Assembly: GCA_002269645.1 (NCBI GenBank)
Contig: NIVC01001302.1
Location: forward strand, 1-64,000
DNA: 64,000 nucleotides
DNA from: Macrostomum lignano
Lineage: Eukaryota
Reading direction: 5' to 3'
The position numbers and the translations under genes were made by a program. A model generated the notes under the pieces. The model was not told the origin of the DNA. It ran no database searches and saw nothing but the letters and a program-made list of their open reading frames with translations. Shown one piece after another: positions 12,501 to 24,400 of the stretch; within the stretch, counting starts at the first letter, position 1; every line of letters begins with the position of its first letter.

Positions 12501-13880
12501 GGTTCAATCAGTTTGACAACACCGGAAGTTCCAACTGACTCACCTAAAGAAGAGTCTCCATTGCTGTCTCATAGCCCTCAAGCAGCAACTACTTCCGTAA
12601 TCAGAGAACGCAGACGAGAAAGACGACTGTTTCAATCCGGAAGTCAGCAGCAACAGCAGCAGCAGCAGACAGCCAGGCACAGACGCAGACCAATGCCAAG
12701 TCAATCACTTGCTTCCCTGCAGCAGCAAATCCGTTCCCAACAGCAGCAACAGCAGCAGCAACAATATTTGGAGGTGAAGACCGCTCAATCGCAGATTTTG
12801 CCGAGAGAACAGCTGTTTGCTGTTTCCGCCGCGGTGTCTGTGTCACCTGCGGCTGGGAGAGCAGCGAATGCCGGAGGTAAATCAGGTGAGTGTTGATCCA
12901 GGGTCGGAGATCCAGTGCATATAGATCCAGGGTCGGAGATCCTGTGCATATAGATCCAGGGTCGGATATCCTGTGCATATAGATCCAGGGTCGGATATCC
13001 TGTGCATATAGATCCAGGGTCGGATATCCTGTGCATATAGATCCAGGGTCGGATATCCTCATGTGCATATAGATCCGGGTCGGAGATCCTGTGCATATAA
13101 ATCCAGGGTCGGAGATCCCGTGCATATACATGTAGATCCAGGGTCGGAGATTCCGTGCACGTACATCTAAGGTCGAAGATCCTGTGCATATAGATCCAGG
13201 GTCGGGTATCCTGTGCAATAGATCCAGGGTCGGGTATCCTGTGCAATAGATCCAGGGTCGGATATCCTGTGCATATAGATCCAGGGTCGGAGATCCTGTG
13301 CATATAAATCCAGGGTCGGAGCTCCCGTGCATATACATGTAGATCCAGGGTCGGAGATCCCGTGCACGTACATTCAGGGTCGGATATCCTGTGCATATAG
13401 ATCCAGGGTCGGAGATCATATGCATGCAGCTTAACCGATTCAACTCAACTCCGGTCAATCGCAACAGACGCGACGGTGGCAGCTCCTTCAGCGGCTGCAC
13501 CGAGCAACAGCGCCAGTCTCCAGCAGCTGCCACCACCCTCGCCGACGTCGCAGCAGCAGCCGCCGCCAAAGCCTCGATCGCGCTGCATCGGCAAACCGTT
13601 GAACACCTCAACAGCAGCGCCAAGCACAGCAGAGGTTCAGCATACAGGGCAGCAGACGGAGAGTCGATACAAGTTTCCAGACGCCCTGTTCGGTAGCGGG
13701 CTGGCCGCGGCGCCCACCGGCTACGGCAGCCGACTCACCGAGCTGGCCCTGCTCACCAGCGACACGGTGCGCTGGGAGAAGCTGCGGCAGAGTCGGCAGC
13801 AGCAGCAGCAGCAGTCAAGCGCTGGTGCCGCAGCTGCTGGCAGCAGAAACGGCCAGAAGCAGCAGAAACAGATTGCTTGA
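9518..13880 (+). CDS. Multi-exon hypothetical protein, Gln/Ala/Pro-rich
   Basis: Exons 9518-9885 (cg|GTGAGG), probable 11042-11116 (phase 2-2), 12491-12885 (ttacag|...g|GTGAGT) and a terminal exon ending 13880. First three join in frame; acceptor of last exon uncertain (13467 fits phase, 13429 does not). AATAAA at 13897-13902. Confidence 0.6.
9884..10420. repeat. 30-bp minisatellite (CGGTGAGGGATCACAGTGGGATTCGGGACT)n
   Basis: Starts exactly at the donor of exon 9518-9885. Confidence 0.95.
11175..12430. repeat. Variable-unit minisatellite (GTCTGACTGATCTGCTCTCACCTGT core)
   Basis: Tandem copies of about 25-33 bp in an intron. Confidence 0.95.
12895..13417. repeat. 29-bp minisatellite (GATCCAGGGTCGGATATCCTGTGCATATA)n
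   Basis: Fills intron after donor 12886; source of ORFs 12601-13623 and 12785-13396. Confidence 0.95.
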
Positions 13881-14533
13881 GAATATAATGCAGTACAATA
13901 AAATATGCATGATGAAGTGAGCCAGGTATTTTTATTGTCAATAATTATAGCCAAGTAATTTGAGGTACTGCAATACGCAAGTCTAACGACCCTCTCGACC
14001 GTATTCCAATATTTTTAGTCAAGCCAGCAAAAGCAAAGTCATTTGTTAGTGAGGCGTTAACTAAAAAAGAACACGTTTTATTTTACAATACTACTTATCG
14101 ATAGCAATAGGAAGATTATATAAGTAGTCAGTAAAGCAAAGCATTTACAAATTTCTACAAAGTCGAATGTAATTTTTCTTAAGACTGACAGCAGAAAAGG
14201 TAAGTAAGAGCTAAAATTTTAATAGCAAAATTACTAAATAAATAAGTACTCGATTTCATGGCCTAGAAGAGCTGCCAAGCCAGCATTGGCAGATATTACA
14301 ATATTACTAATAATCATAAACCAGCTACAAGTAGTATGATTTCAAGTGAAAAAACCATATCGAATGGTTTCGCAGCGAATGAGAAGTATAGATAGAAACT
14401 AAATTCAATACGACTGCACGTACAGTACTAGAAAGTTGAAATTCTAAATAAGCAACAGCCATCATTATCGTAAGAGATTGTGGGGGACAACCATTGTGCT
14501 GCTTCATAGAAACTAACAAAAGTTTTATCTGAG

Positions 14534-17500
14534 TCAAGCTTCCATGGCCGCTTGAATTCGGCGTTCAAGCTCCCTGACAATGTCGTCTTCGTGGGTGTAC
14601 ACCCCGGTGCGCAGCAGGGTGTCGCGCTCCTCTATGAGCCGGGCCGCGTGCTCGCTGCCCGACTTGCTGCCCGTGGGCTGCTCGGAGCCCAGCGGGGCGC
14701 CGTAGACCAGCGTGTCCAAGCCTTCCTTAGCCCGCTTCAGCTCGCCGCGCTCTTTGCGGACCAGGTCCTGCGGTTTGGGGGGGGGTTGAATGTCTGTCTG
14801 CCTGCCTGCCTGTGTCAACTGTGTCATGTATTTTATAAGCCTAATCACCAATCTGTCGATCCGCCAGTCCATCCAACTTAACCCTCAATATTTATGAACC
14901 TCTCCGCACTCACCTGTTCCTCAGCTGCCAGATAGCGCAGCCGCATGTGCTCCAGCTCCGTCTGCTGTCGCTGCAGAGCCGCAGACTGCGCGGCCTGCTC
15001 CCGCTGCCTGGATGCGGCCAGCTCTTTAAGGCAGCGGCCCAGCTGCTGCTTGTACTGCTGCTTGGCCCGCTGTGCCTGCTCCAGACGGCGCTCCAGCTCG
15101 CTTTTCTCCAGCTGGATTGGGCGAGCGGGTTGCGGACGAGAATTGGTTGCGGTTTGGACACGGGGGGGGGGCAGCGGATATCGGAATTTACACGAAAGAG
15201 TGAGCGGAAACTAGGGCAGCGATGGAGACCAGAAAAAGCTGAGAAAATCCAGGGCGGAGACTGATGCAGAGAGGAGCGGAAATCCAGGGCGGAGACTGAT
15301 GCAGAGAGGAGCGGAAATCCAGGGCGGAGACTGATGCAGAGAGGAGCGGAAATCCAGGGCGGAAACTGATGCAGAGAGGAGCGGAAATCCAGGGCGGAGA
15401 CTGATGCAGAGAGGAGCGGAAATCCAGGGCGGAGAATGATGCAGAGAGGAGCGGAAATCCAGGGCGGAAACTGATGCAGAGGGGCGGAAATGAAGACAGA
15501 CACAAAAGAGCGGAGAAGCCCGCAGAAGTTGGCCTCACCTGCAGATTAGTGACCGTGTGCAGCAGCTTCACCTCGGGCCGGTCGCACTCCGCGTCTCGCA
15601 TTCGCTTCAAAGCAGCTTCGGTCTCCTTCCAGCGACGCTCCCAGTCGTGGCTGGCCGACTTCGCGGCGGCGACCTGCTCTTCCAGCTGGCGGCAGCGGGC
15701 CCGCTCCAGCTCGATGCGCTGCTGACAGTCGGCCTGCATCCGGTTGGACGCGTCCTGCAGCTCCTTGAGTCGGGAGTCGTGCCGGCGCTGTAGGTCGTCT
15801 CGGCGTTGGAGCAGGTCGCGCTGACCGTTGGCGAGACGGCGCTCCTTCTCTTCCACGTCTGCGATTGCGGCCTGCAAGGTGTGGAGCGTGAGGTGGGTGC
15901 AGGGAGTGAGGCGGGTGCAGGGAGTGGGGTGGGTGCAGGGAGTGGGGTGGGTGCAGGGAGTGGGGTGGGTGCAGGGAGTGAGGCGGGTTCAGGGAGTGGG
16001 GTGGGTGCAGGGAGTGAGGCGGGTGCAGGGAGTGGGGTGGGTGCAGGAAGTGGGTGGGTGGAGGGAGTGGGGTGGGTTGCAGGGAGTGAGGCGGGTGCAG
16101 GGAGTGAGATGGGTGCAGGGAGTGAGGTGGGTTGATTATTTTATTCGAGACAGGGGCTGTGCACCGTGGTGCACTTTAAGCGACATTGTCACACAACCGG
16201 CGAGAGCCATTTCTGCCCATTCCGCCGACCCCTCTGAGCAGGCACACAAGCGCGCGGATACGGAGTGGGAGTGTACAGCGACCCTAATTTTATTTATCGT
16301 TATGGCATGTACACTTTACTGTGCCTTGGGGGGTTGGGCCTCAAGGGTGTCAATTGCACGAGCAGAGCCAAGCTATTCATGTATTTATTAATTCATTTTT
16401 TTTATTCATTTCACATATATATTGTTTATCATTATTTATTGAAATAAAGTTCAATAAAGTTCAATGAGTTCAACTGCACTGCTAAAACAGTTTTAAGACG
16501 CAATAGGGCAAACAGAGCAAAATATGGTCGACGGAGCGAAAATCCTGTTTTTTTTTATACAAAACGAAATATGTAGCTGGAAAGTAATCAACAACTTTAG
16601 TATGATTTTTGCAATTTCTTACGATTAATTTGACCATTTGGCAAGCTAATGACACTGATTTGAGGAGCTAGGAAGCTAATGACACTGATTTGAGGAGCTA
16701 GGAAGCTAATGACACTGATTTGAGGAGCTAGGAAGCTAATGACACTGATTTGAGGAGCTGGGAAGCTAATGACACTGATTTGAGGAGCTAGGAAGCTAAT
16801 GACCCTGATTTGAGAATCTGGGAAGCTAATGACACTGATTTGAGGAGCTGGGAAGCTAATGACCCGATTTGAGGAGCTGGGAAGCTAATGACACTGATTT
16901 GAGGAGCTAGGAAGCTAATGACCCTGATTTGAGAATCTGGGAAGCTAATGACACTGATTTGAGGAGCTGGGAAGCTAATGACCCGATTTGAGGAGCTGGG
17001 AAGCTAATGACCCGATTTGAGGAGCTGGGAAGCTAATGACCCGATTTGAGGAGCTGGGAAGCTAATGACACTGATTTGAGGAGCTAGGAAGCTAATGACC
17101 CTGATTTGAGAATCTGGGAAGCTAATGACACTGATTTGAGGAGCTGGGAAGCTAATGACCCGATTTGAGGAGCTGGGAAGCTAATGACACTGATTTGAGG
17201 AGCTAGGAAGCTAATGACCCTGATTTGAGAATCTGGGAAGCTAATGACACTGATTTGAGGAGCTGGGAAGCTAATGACCCGATTTGAGGAGCTGGGAAGC
17301 TAATGACCCGATTTGAGGAGCTGGGAAGCTAATGACACTGATTTGAGGAGCTGGGAAGCTAATGACCCGATTTGAGGAGCTGGGAAGCTAATGACCCGAT
17401 TTGAGGAGCTGGGAAGCTAATGACACTGATTTGAGGAGCTGGGAAGCTAATGACACTGATTTGAGGAGCTGGGAAGCTAATGACCCGATTTGAGGAGCTG

Positions 17501-20500
17501 GGAAGCTAATGACACTGATTTGAGGAGCTAGGAAGCTAATGACCCTGATTTGAGAATCTGGGAAGCTAATGACCTTAATTTGAGGACTAACTTTTGGGGT
17601 ATAAGGATTTGAGACAACAACCTAAAATTTGAACGCACCTGCAACTTCTCTGTAAGCTGCTCATACTCCGCTGATCGCTTTTTATGAGCCGCTTCTCGCT
17701 CTGCGTCGCGTCTGCGAAACTCCCTGGCGAAGGCCATCACCAGGGTCTGCTCGCGCCGCTTCAGACCGGCCTCGAATGCCTCTTTGGCTGCCTCCTTCCA
17801 CAACTCCAGCTCCATCGCTGCATGGTACATGTCTGCCTCCGACACTCCCGCAGGCGGATGCGGCTGCTCAGGTTGAGTCGGCCTCTTCCCGTCATCTCCG
17901 CCATCTTTAGCGTCCGGCTGTCGATCTTCGGCTTCTCCGTTTAGTTGGTGATTAAACCCCTTAGCTGCGGCCACGACAGGCTCCTCTTCGAACTCCTCTT
18001 CATCGTAATCGTAGGAGTCTGGAAGGAGATAAGATACTGCGCTTTGCACTTGATGAGGAAACTTGCACTTTATAACTAGCTTTCTATTGAGAACTGCTGC
18101 CTAGCACCCACCTCGCTCCCTGCGCCCACCTCACTCCCTGCGCCCACCTCACTCCCTGCGCCCACCTCACTCCCTGCGCCCACCTCACTCCCTGCGCCCA
18201 CCTCACTCCCTGCGCCCACCTCACTCCCTGCACCCACCTCACTCTTCACATCCACATCACCATAATCGAACACTTCACTTCCAGAACCCACTCCATCTAA
18301 GCATTACACGCAGCAAAGGAACTACGTAAATAAAAAATTACCAGCAAACTCGTTGCCATTTGCCATTGGCCTCGTTGATTTCTGCTTCTGATCAGACTGC
18401 TGTTGCTGCTGCTGCTGCTGGTCACTCTCGTCAGTGTACACAGCTAGGGTCAGTTCAGGACGCGTCTGGGAGTAACTAAAAGTGTTATTTTTGTTTAAAG
18501 GGTAAGGATTAACATTATTATAATTATAAGTAATCAGCGAATGACTGGAAACGTTTTGAAACCTAGATAGAATTCGCTAGGTTGGTGATCCCACCAACCT
18601 GATGGGGATCTGGCAGTTCGATGACCCCAATCTCTGGTCTGCAATACTCACCGGCTGTGCAAAAGCTGATATGGCTTCGCCACCGCGGCTGCTGGTGACT
18701 GAGCAGCTGACCGAACATCCAGCACCACGTAGCCAACCTGTTCCTTAGCCGTTGTCTGTTTATCAATCGCATACAGCAGCAACTTGATGCTGGCCCGCTG
18801 CAACCGGTGCTGGGCGAGGGCCTTCTTGTCCAGCTCCCAGGCCAGCTCTTGCCCGAATTCGGGATTCTCAATGTGCTCAATAGGGTCTGTTGCTAGCAAC
18901 TCGCCATCAAACTTTGCTTCCGCTTGCAAGCTGTGCGTGTCCCTATATGGGAATCGCTTGCCTGCACGAGTGAGAAAAAACAAGAACAGGTTATTTGTAC
19001 AGTAAAATTCTAGTCTGATAAAAGTGTTAGTAATAATAATAATAATGATAATAATAATTGATTACACATGCTATAAATAGATGCATAGTAGCTTTTAAAT
19101 GGGAGATCTAAAGGCTACATATGGCTGTTCAGTCCAAGGACTGGGGGTCAACACACATCCTTCAATTACCCCAGCTAATGCAGGTACCCATTTTAAAGTT
19201 GGGTGAACTGAAACAATGCAGAAATAACTACCTTATTCAAGGACACAAACTATTCCAAGTGGGTCAAAAATTGAATCCCCAACTTTTCAATTGTAAGATC
19301 AGCAATGTAATCCTTAAGCTACAACCTAAATTTATCTATTGGTTTGTGTACATGGACAAATAAAAACCTTCTAGATAGTATCTTTTAGATGAGATGATGC
19401 TAGGAAAGGATGCTAATCTAAACTGATAAAACAACTGATAAAGTAATTATAAAAAAGCAACTCTTACTTATTTTAAGGTCTATATGTTATTTGGTACTTG
19501 AATCAAATGTATTTATTGATAGAGGAGATATTTTTTTCCATTTTTTGAGTTAGAACTATTGACTCTTAGCCCAGGATGGAATTCTTGTATTTCTTAAGTC
19601 AAACGGAATTATGCGATTTTTTTATGGCACGCAAAATATTTTTTATTGGTCGCATTTTTTATTTTGGTACTTAGCACGTCGCAAAATAACGAAATAACGA
19701 AATAATGAGACAATAACGAAAAATGCATTCTAAGAAAATGTAGTGATTTGAATTTACGTCCAAATACGTATGTTAGAGAATGTTACGAGTTTCTACTTTT
19801 TATAGAATTTTTTCAAATTTTTACTTTTGTGCCTTATTTAGTTTTTACTTTTTATTCTTTTTTTCTTCGTGATCTTAGCTAGTAGGATTATCTTTTGCAA
19901 AATCCAATATCTCAAGCGCACTTTTGCATATATTAAGAATTAACAATTTTGTCTGAAATTCTGCAACGCATTTTTTCCGGATTTTTTTTACGCAAAATCG
20001 CATTTTTTTCTCGCAATCGCATAACGCGTTGTGATTTTTCTGCAAGAATTCCATCCAGGCTCTTAGCCCTAATAATATGTCAAATACAATGTAAAGCTAA
20101 TAACTATTTTCTATATAATTTGAAAGCTTTAGAAACCTTTACATCTTTGTATAGCCCCCCTTATGTTTTATAATATGTGGTCATTTTGTCTGCTGGCAAG
20201 ATTCAAGAAAATGACTTTTTGAAAATAAGAAGTAGTGTAACTATATATGTAATACTACTTTCTATATAATGAGATCATTTTTGTATATAAAATTTTGTTT
20301 AAAAGTAATATGATAAAAACTTATTATATAATATTAAAATTTACAATACTAAAAGAAATTTAACTATTTTCAAAAAAGCATATATTAATATCACTAATTA
20401 AAAACAAGTTTTTTATCTTATTACTATAATATACATTATTATTTAATAATACTAACATTACATTTATTATTTTATTATTATAAAATATTCATTTTTCTAC

Positions 20501-20809
20501 TATACAATCAAGAGAAATTTATATTTTTATATCTATTTTATGCACTACACTATGGAGAAAAACCTGAATATAACAATCCACTATAATAAAATTGTAAGTA
20601 TAGCTAAAACCATCAGGACCAAGAGTCTAATACAAACAAGCCATAAGATATAGACCTATTACTACATTATATGCCTGATCCTGATCCAGTGCAGTAGGCC
20701 ATATCGACTAGAGCAGATTTGATTACACATGAAATAAATGAATTAGTGAAAATTATATGATTGTTTTAAGAAGATACTGACCTGAAAGGAGCGACACAAC
20801 GACTAACAT
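14534..20809 (-). CDS. CEP120: Centrosomal protein CEP120 homolog (C2A + coiled coil only, about 556 aa)
   Basis: Exons (minus) 20809-20782, 18961-18652, 18475-18342, 18296-18243 (probable), 18018-17639, 15871-15539, 15111-14914, 14767-14534; all phases compatible. [13 protein letters not shown]...[18 protein letters not shown]...GYVVLDVR matches CEP120 C2A as I recall it; [18 protein letters not shown]...YKQQ and [18 protein letters not shown] match its coiled-coil tail. Confidence 0.93.
15245..15490. repeat. 35-bp minisatellite (AAATCCAGGGCGGAGACTGATGCAGAGAGGAGCGG)n
   Basis: About 7 copies in CEP120 intron 6. Confidence 0.93.
15890..16135. repeat. 18-bp G-rich minisatellite (GTGCAGGGAGTGAGGTGG)n
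   Basis: Abuts acceptor of CEP120 exon 6; reverse complement of array 18105-18243. Confidence 0.92.
16640..17575. repeat. 29/30-bp minisatellite (GGGAAGCTAATGACACTGATTTGAGGAGCT)n
   Basis: About 31 copies in CEP120 intron 5. Confidence 0.96.
18105..18243. repeat. 18-bp minisatellite (CCCACCTCACTCCCTGCG)n
   Basis: About 7 copies starting at the probable exon-4 donor of CEP120. Confidence 0.92.
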
Positions 20810-21434
20810 CGTAGACTAGGCCTATCTATGAAAAAGTATGGACTGGTCTTCGGATCGGAAGTATTTGTTTAGCTAATCAGATTCAAGCATTTCAAGGTTC
20901 AAAGCAATTAAGCAGTTTTCATGGCAAATGGTGACAATTGTCTAATACATTAAAAACGAATAGGATATTTATAGTAATTCTAGATATATTTAGAAGTTAG
21001 CTATAAAAGGTAACTAAAAAATTCTACTAGGCCTCAAGTCGACGATGACAATTGACAAGACTTTACAGTTGTGAGTGCACGAGCGACTAAAATAAAATAC
21101 AACGAAAAATTAAGTTAAAACAGCCAGTTGCTTGTGTTTTATTGTTCTGTACTGATGGAAGCAGTAATCTCTCATTAAAAAGATACGTTCCTTGTAAATT
21201 TTTTTCCTGTGTCTGTAGCTTTTCTTAATTTTAGGTAAAATAACATGTAACATTTATTAAAGTGATTAACTGTTCTAAGAAATATTTAAATTCAACCTGT
21301 CACGAGGCTTGATGCAATTTTTTTTCAATTAGGCCTAGTTTTGTAGAGGTTGGTCCTCGGTAGGTCGCTCACTTGTCTGTAACGTACATTATTTGGCTGC
21401 GACTCTAAATATTTCCTTGTTTGTGAAAAGAGCC
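20810..21434. promoter_or_regulatory. Divergent (bidirectional) promoter region CEP120 / glycogen phosphorylase
   Basis: Only 625 bp between the two start codons on opposite strands. Confidence 0.65.
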
Positions 21435-24400
21435 ATGTTTAACGATTCAGAATCAGCTTCTGATTCTGACATTGAGAAACGACGGGGTCTTAGTGTTCGT
21501 GGTATTGCTGAAGTGGCCAACGTTGTTAATATTAAAAAGACATTTAACAGACATCTCCATTTCACTTTAGTTAAGGATAGAAATGTTGCCACTCCTCGTG
21601 ACTATTATCTTTCATTGGCTCATACTGTTTGGGACCATTTGTGCAGCAGATGGATTAGAACCCACCAATTCTACTACCAGCAAGATCCAAAGGTAGGCCT
21701 AGGCTTTATTTGTTTTACAATATATCAGAACTTTTGAGCATTCTAGGCATATTTTTGATTGCATTACAATCAACAATAATGGTTAGAGTCTATTTAATTT
21801 ATTCTATCATCTATATATTAGGCTTACCTAGGCATAGCATAGGCCTAGCCAGGTCCTAGACATTTTGTCATTTGCCACTTTGTCATCTGACCAATTTGTC
21901 ATCTATTAGGCCTACCTAGGCCTAGTATTAGTCACTTTGGCATTTAACAATAAAGGCACTGAATGATCTTGTTAATTTTCTATATATTAAAAATGGTTTG
22001 TTGGTAGGCCATAGTCCAGATCATGCTAGGTGCATAGGCCTACCTAAACAAAAATCGAATAATCATAAATGCATGCCAAAAAATGGAGTGCATGCCCATT
22101 CTCAAAACTATACTAGTGTTGCAACAATAAATGACCTTTTTTAGGTTGTAACAATAAAAGACTTTTTATTTTAATTTAAAATTTTTTATATAGATAATTG
22201 GGTTTATTTTTCTGCTTTTTTGGCAATAATATTTATTATTGAAAATTGATACATGCAAAGATTTGTTTGAATGGTTTATAACAAGCTTAAAAAACCTAAA
22301 TAAAAATGTCTAAAATAATGTCTAAAATGTCTAAAAGAAATTAAGAAATTGAATGTCTAAAATGTCTAATAATGTCTAAAATAAAAATGAACTTTTTTTC
22401 TTCACAATAACTCTTCCATGTGATTTTGTAAAGTGCGCACTAGGTATGTGCACATACACTATTTTCTTTAAAGTGATGTATACCAACTGTGTATGCCTAC
22501 TTTTAGTATGTAGGCCAATGCATGCCTGAATTTTTGGGCCTATACTACGATCCAGAGTGGTTAGGAGATAGGTATCTATATGATCAATATAAGAAAAAAT
22601 GGTTCAACCAATTCTGTTTGAACTTGCACTATTCAATTACAATTTTTTCTATTATGGCACATATTATGGCTAATAAATTGCTAAATGCTAAAGGGATTTA
22701 ATATTTGAAAAACATGCTTTTTTGCAAAGGTTAAGCAGCTCTTTCAACTTATGCATTGTAAGAATGCTAGATAAAAACTGACTGAATTATGATTCCAAAA
22801 TAGATGGCATCATATTAGGCTGAATTGGATACTGAATTGAATTGTCACAGTGTTGAAAACATGGTGTGGAAGCATAGCACAATACTTGATTTATATATAT
22901 TGCGTAACCATATGGTTAACTTTAGTAGACTAATATTGACTTGCCTAAGAAATTGATTGTCATAACTGATTTATGTAACTTATTCTAACTGACTTAATGT
23001 GAGTGTTGAATTATAAGTGCTACAAATTCACTTACAACTTTTGTAGTATAATTTTTTATTGAAAACTTTTAATAAAGGACAAATTTAAAAGATCTAGATT
23101 ACTGCACTTGATAAAACAAGGATTATACTGCACTTGATAAACAAAGGATTACTGCACTTGATAAGCCAAGGTTATTGCACTTGATAAACCAGGGATTATT
23201 GCACTTGATAAGCTAAGGCTTACTATGCTTGATAAACCAAATATATTGCACTTGATAAACCAATGATTACTATGCTTGATAAACCAAGGATCATTGCGCT
23301 TGATAAATAAAAGATTACTGCACTTGATAAATCAAGGATCATTGTACTGGATAAACCAAGGATTACTGTGCTTGATTAACCAATGATTATTGCACTTGAT
23401 AAGCCAAGGATTACTGCACTTGATAAACAAAAGATTATTGCACTTATTGAACCAAGGATTATTGCACTTAATAGGCCAAGGATTACTGTGCTTGATAAAC
23501 CAAGGATTTTTGTATTAGCTTAAAAATGGATAAATTCACCAGCTAAGACATCAATTTTGCACTTGATGAGTAAAGGATTATTGCATTAGATTAGAATATG
23601 ATTATTGCATTAGCTCAAAAGTGGATTATTGCACTGGAATCAAAAAAAGATTAATGCATTAGCTGAGACAGATAATTGCATAACCTAAAAAAGCAATTAT
23701 TGCATTAGTGGAAAAATATTTGCATTAGCCACTTTCTGTCTAGTGGATTCTTGCTATCTGGGAGATGCTTGCTATTGTATCTGGGGGGTAGATATTTATT
23801 ATTGTATTTTGGGGGTGCTTATTATTAGGGGAATGCTTGCTCTTAAGGGGGAGAGGTTATTTGCTATTTGGGAAAAAGGGGTACTAGTTACATGTATTTA
23901 CATATATGGGATTGTTTCTATCCAAGGATGATTACTAGTGTATTTTGGGATTCTTGCTGTCTGCAGGATGCTTGCTATCTAGGTAGATACTTGCTGTCTA
24001 AGGGATGCTTACTATTTGATCTGGGAGATATTTGCTATCTTGATGGATACTTGCTATCTGGGGAGATGCTTGCTATCTGTGGTTGCTTACTCTTGGAAGG
24101 GGGTGCTTGCTATCTGGGGGGTGCTTGCTATCTTGGAGATGTTTTCTATTTAGGGAGAATGTCTATTATCTTTGTGAAAACTATATTTTGTTATTATTAA
24201 TTTTTGAAAAAAGATTCATAGCAAACACCTTTGTCTGTGACAATTTTACTTGAATAAGGTGATTTATAAAACTGAAGAAAGAATTGGTTCTAAAAAAGAA
24301 AATATTCTTTTTTAATTGTTTTCTATTAATATTCCTTGCTTCTTGCTTATTGCGCACGCCCAAAGGGAGTCACTAGATTGCTAGTTTAGAGAGCTATTAG

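Noticed and set aside
16140-16475. Possible retroelement 3' end with (AATAAAGTTC) tail
   Set aside because: No RT/endonuclease homology, TSD or ribozyme core identifiable from this window alone.
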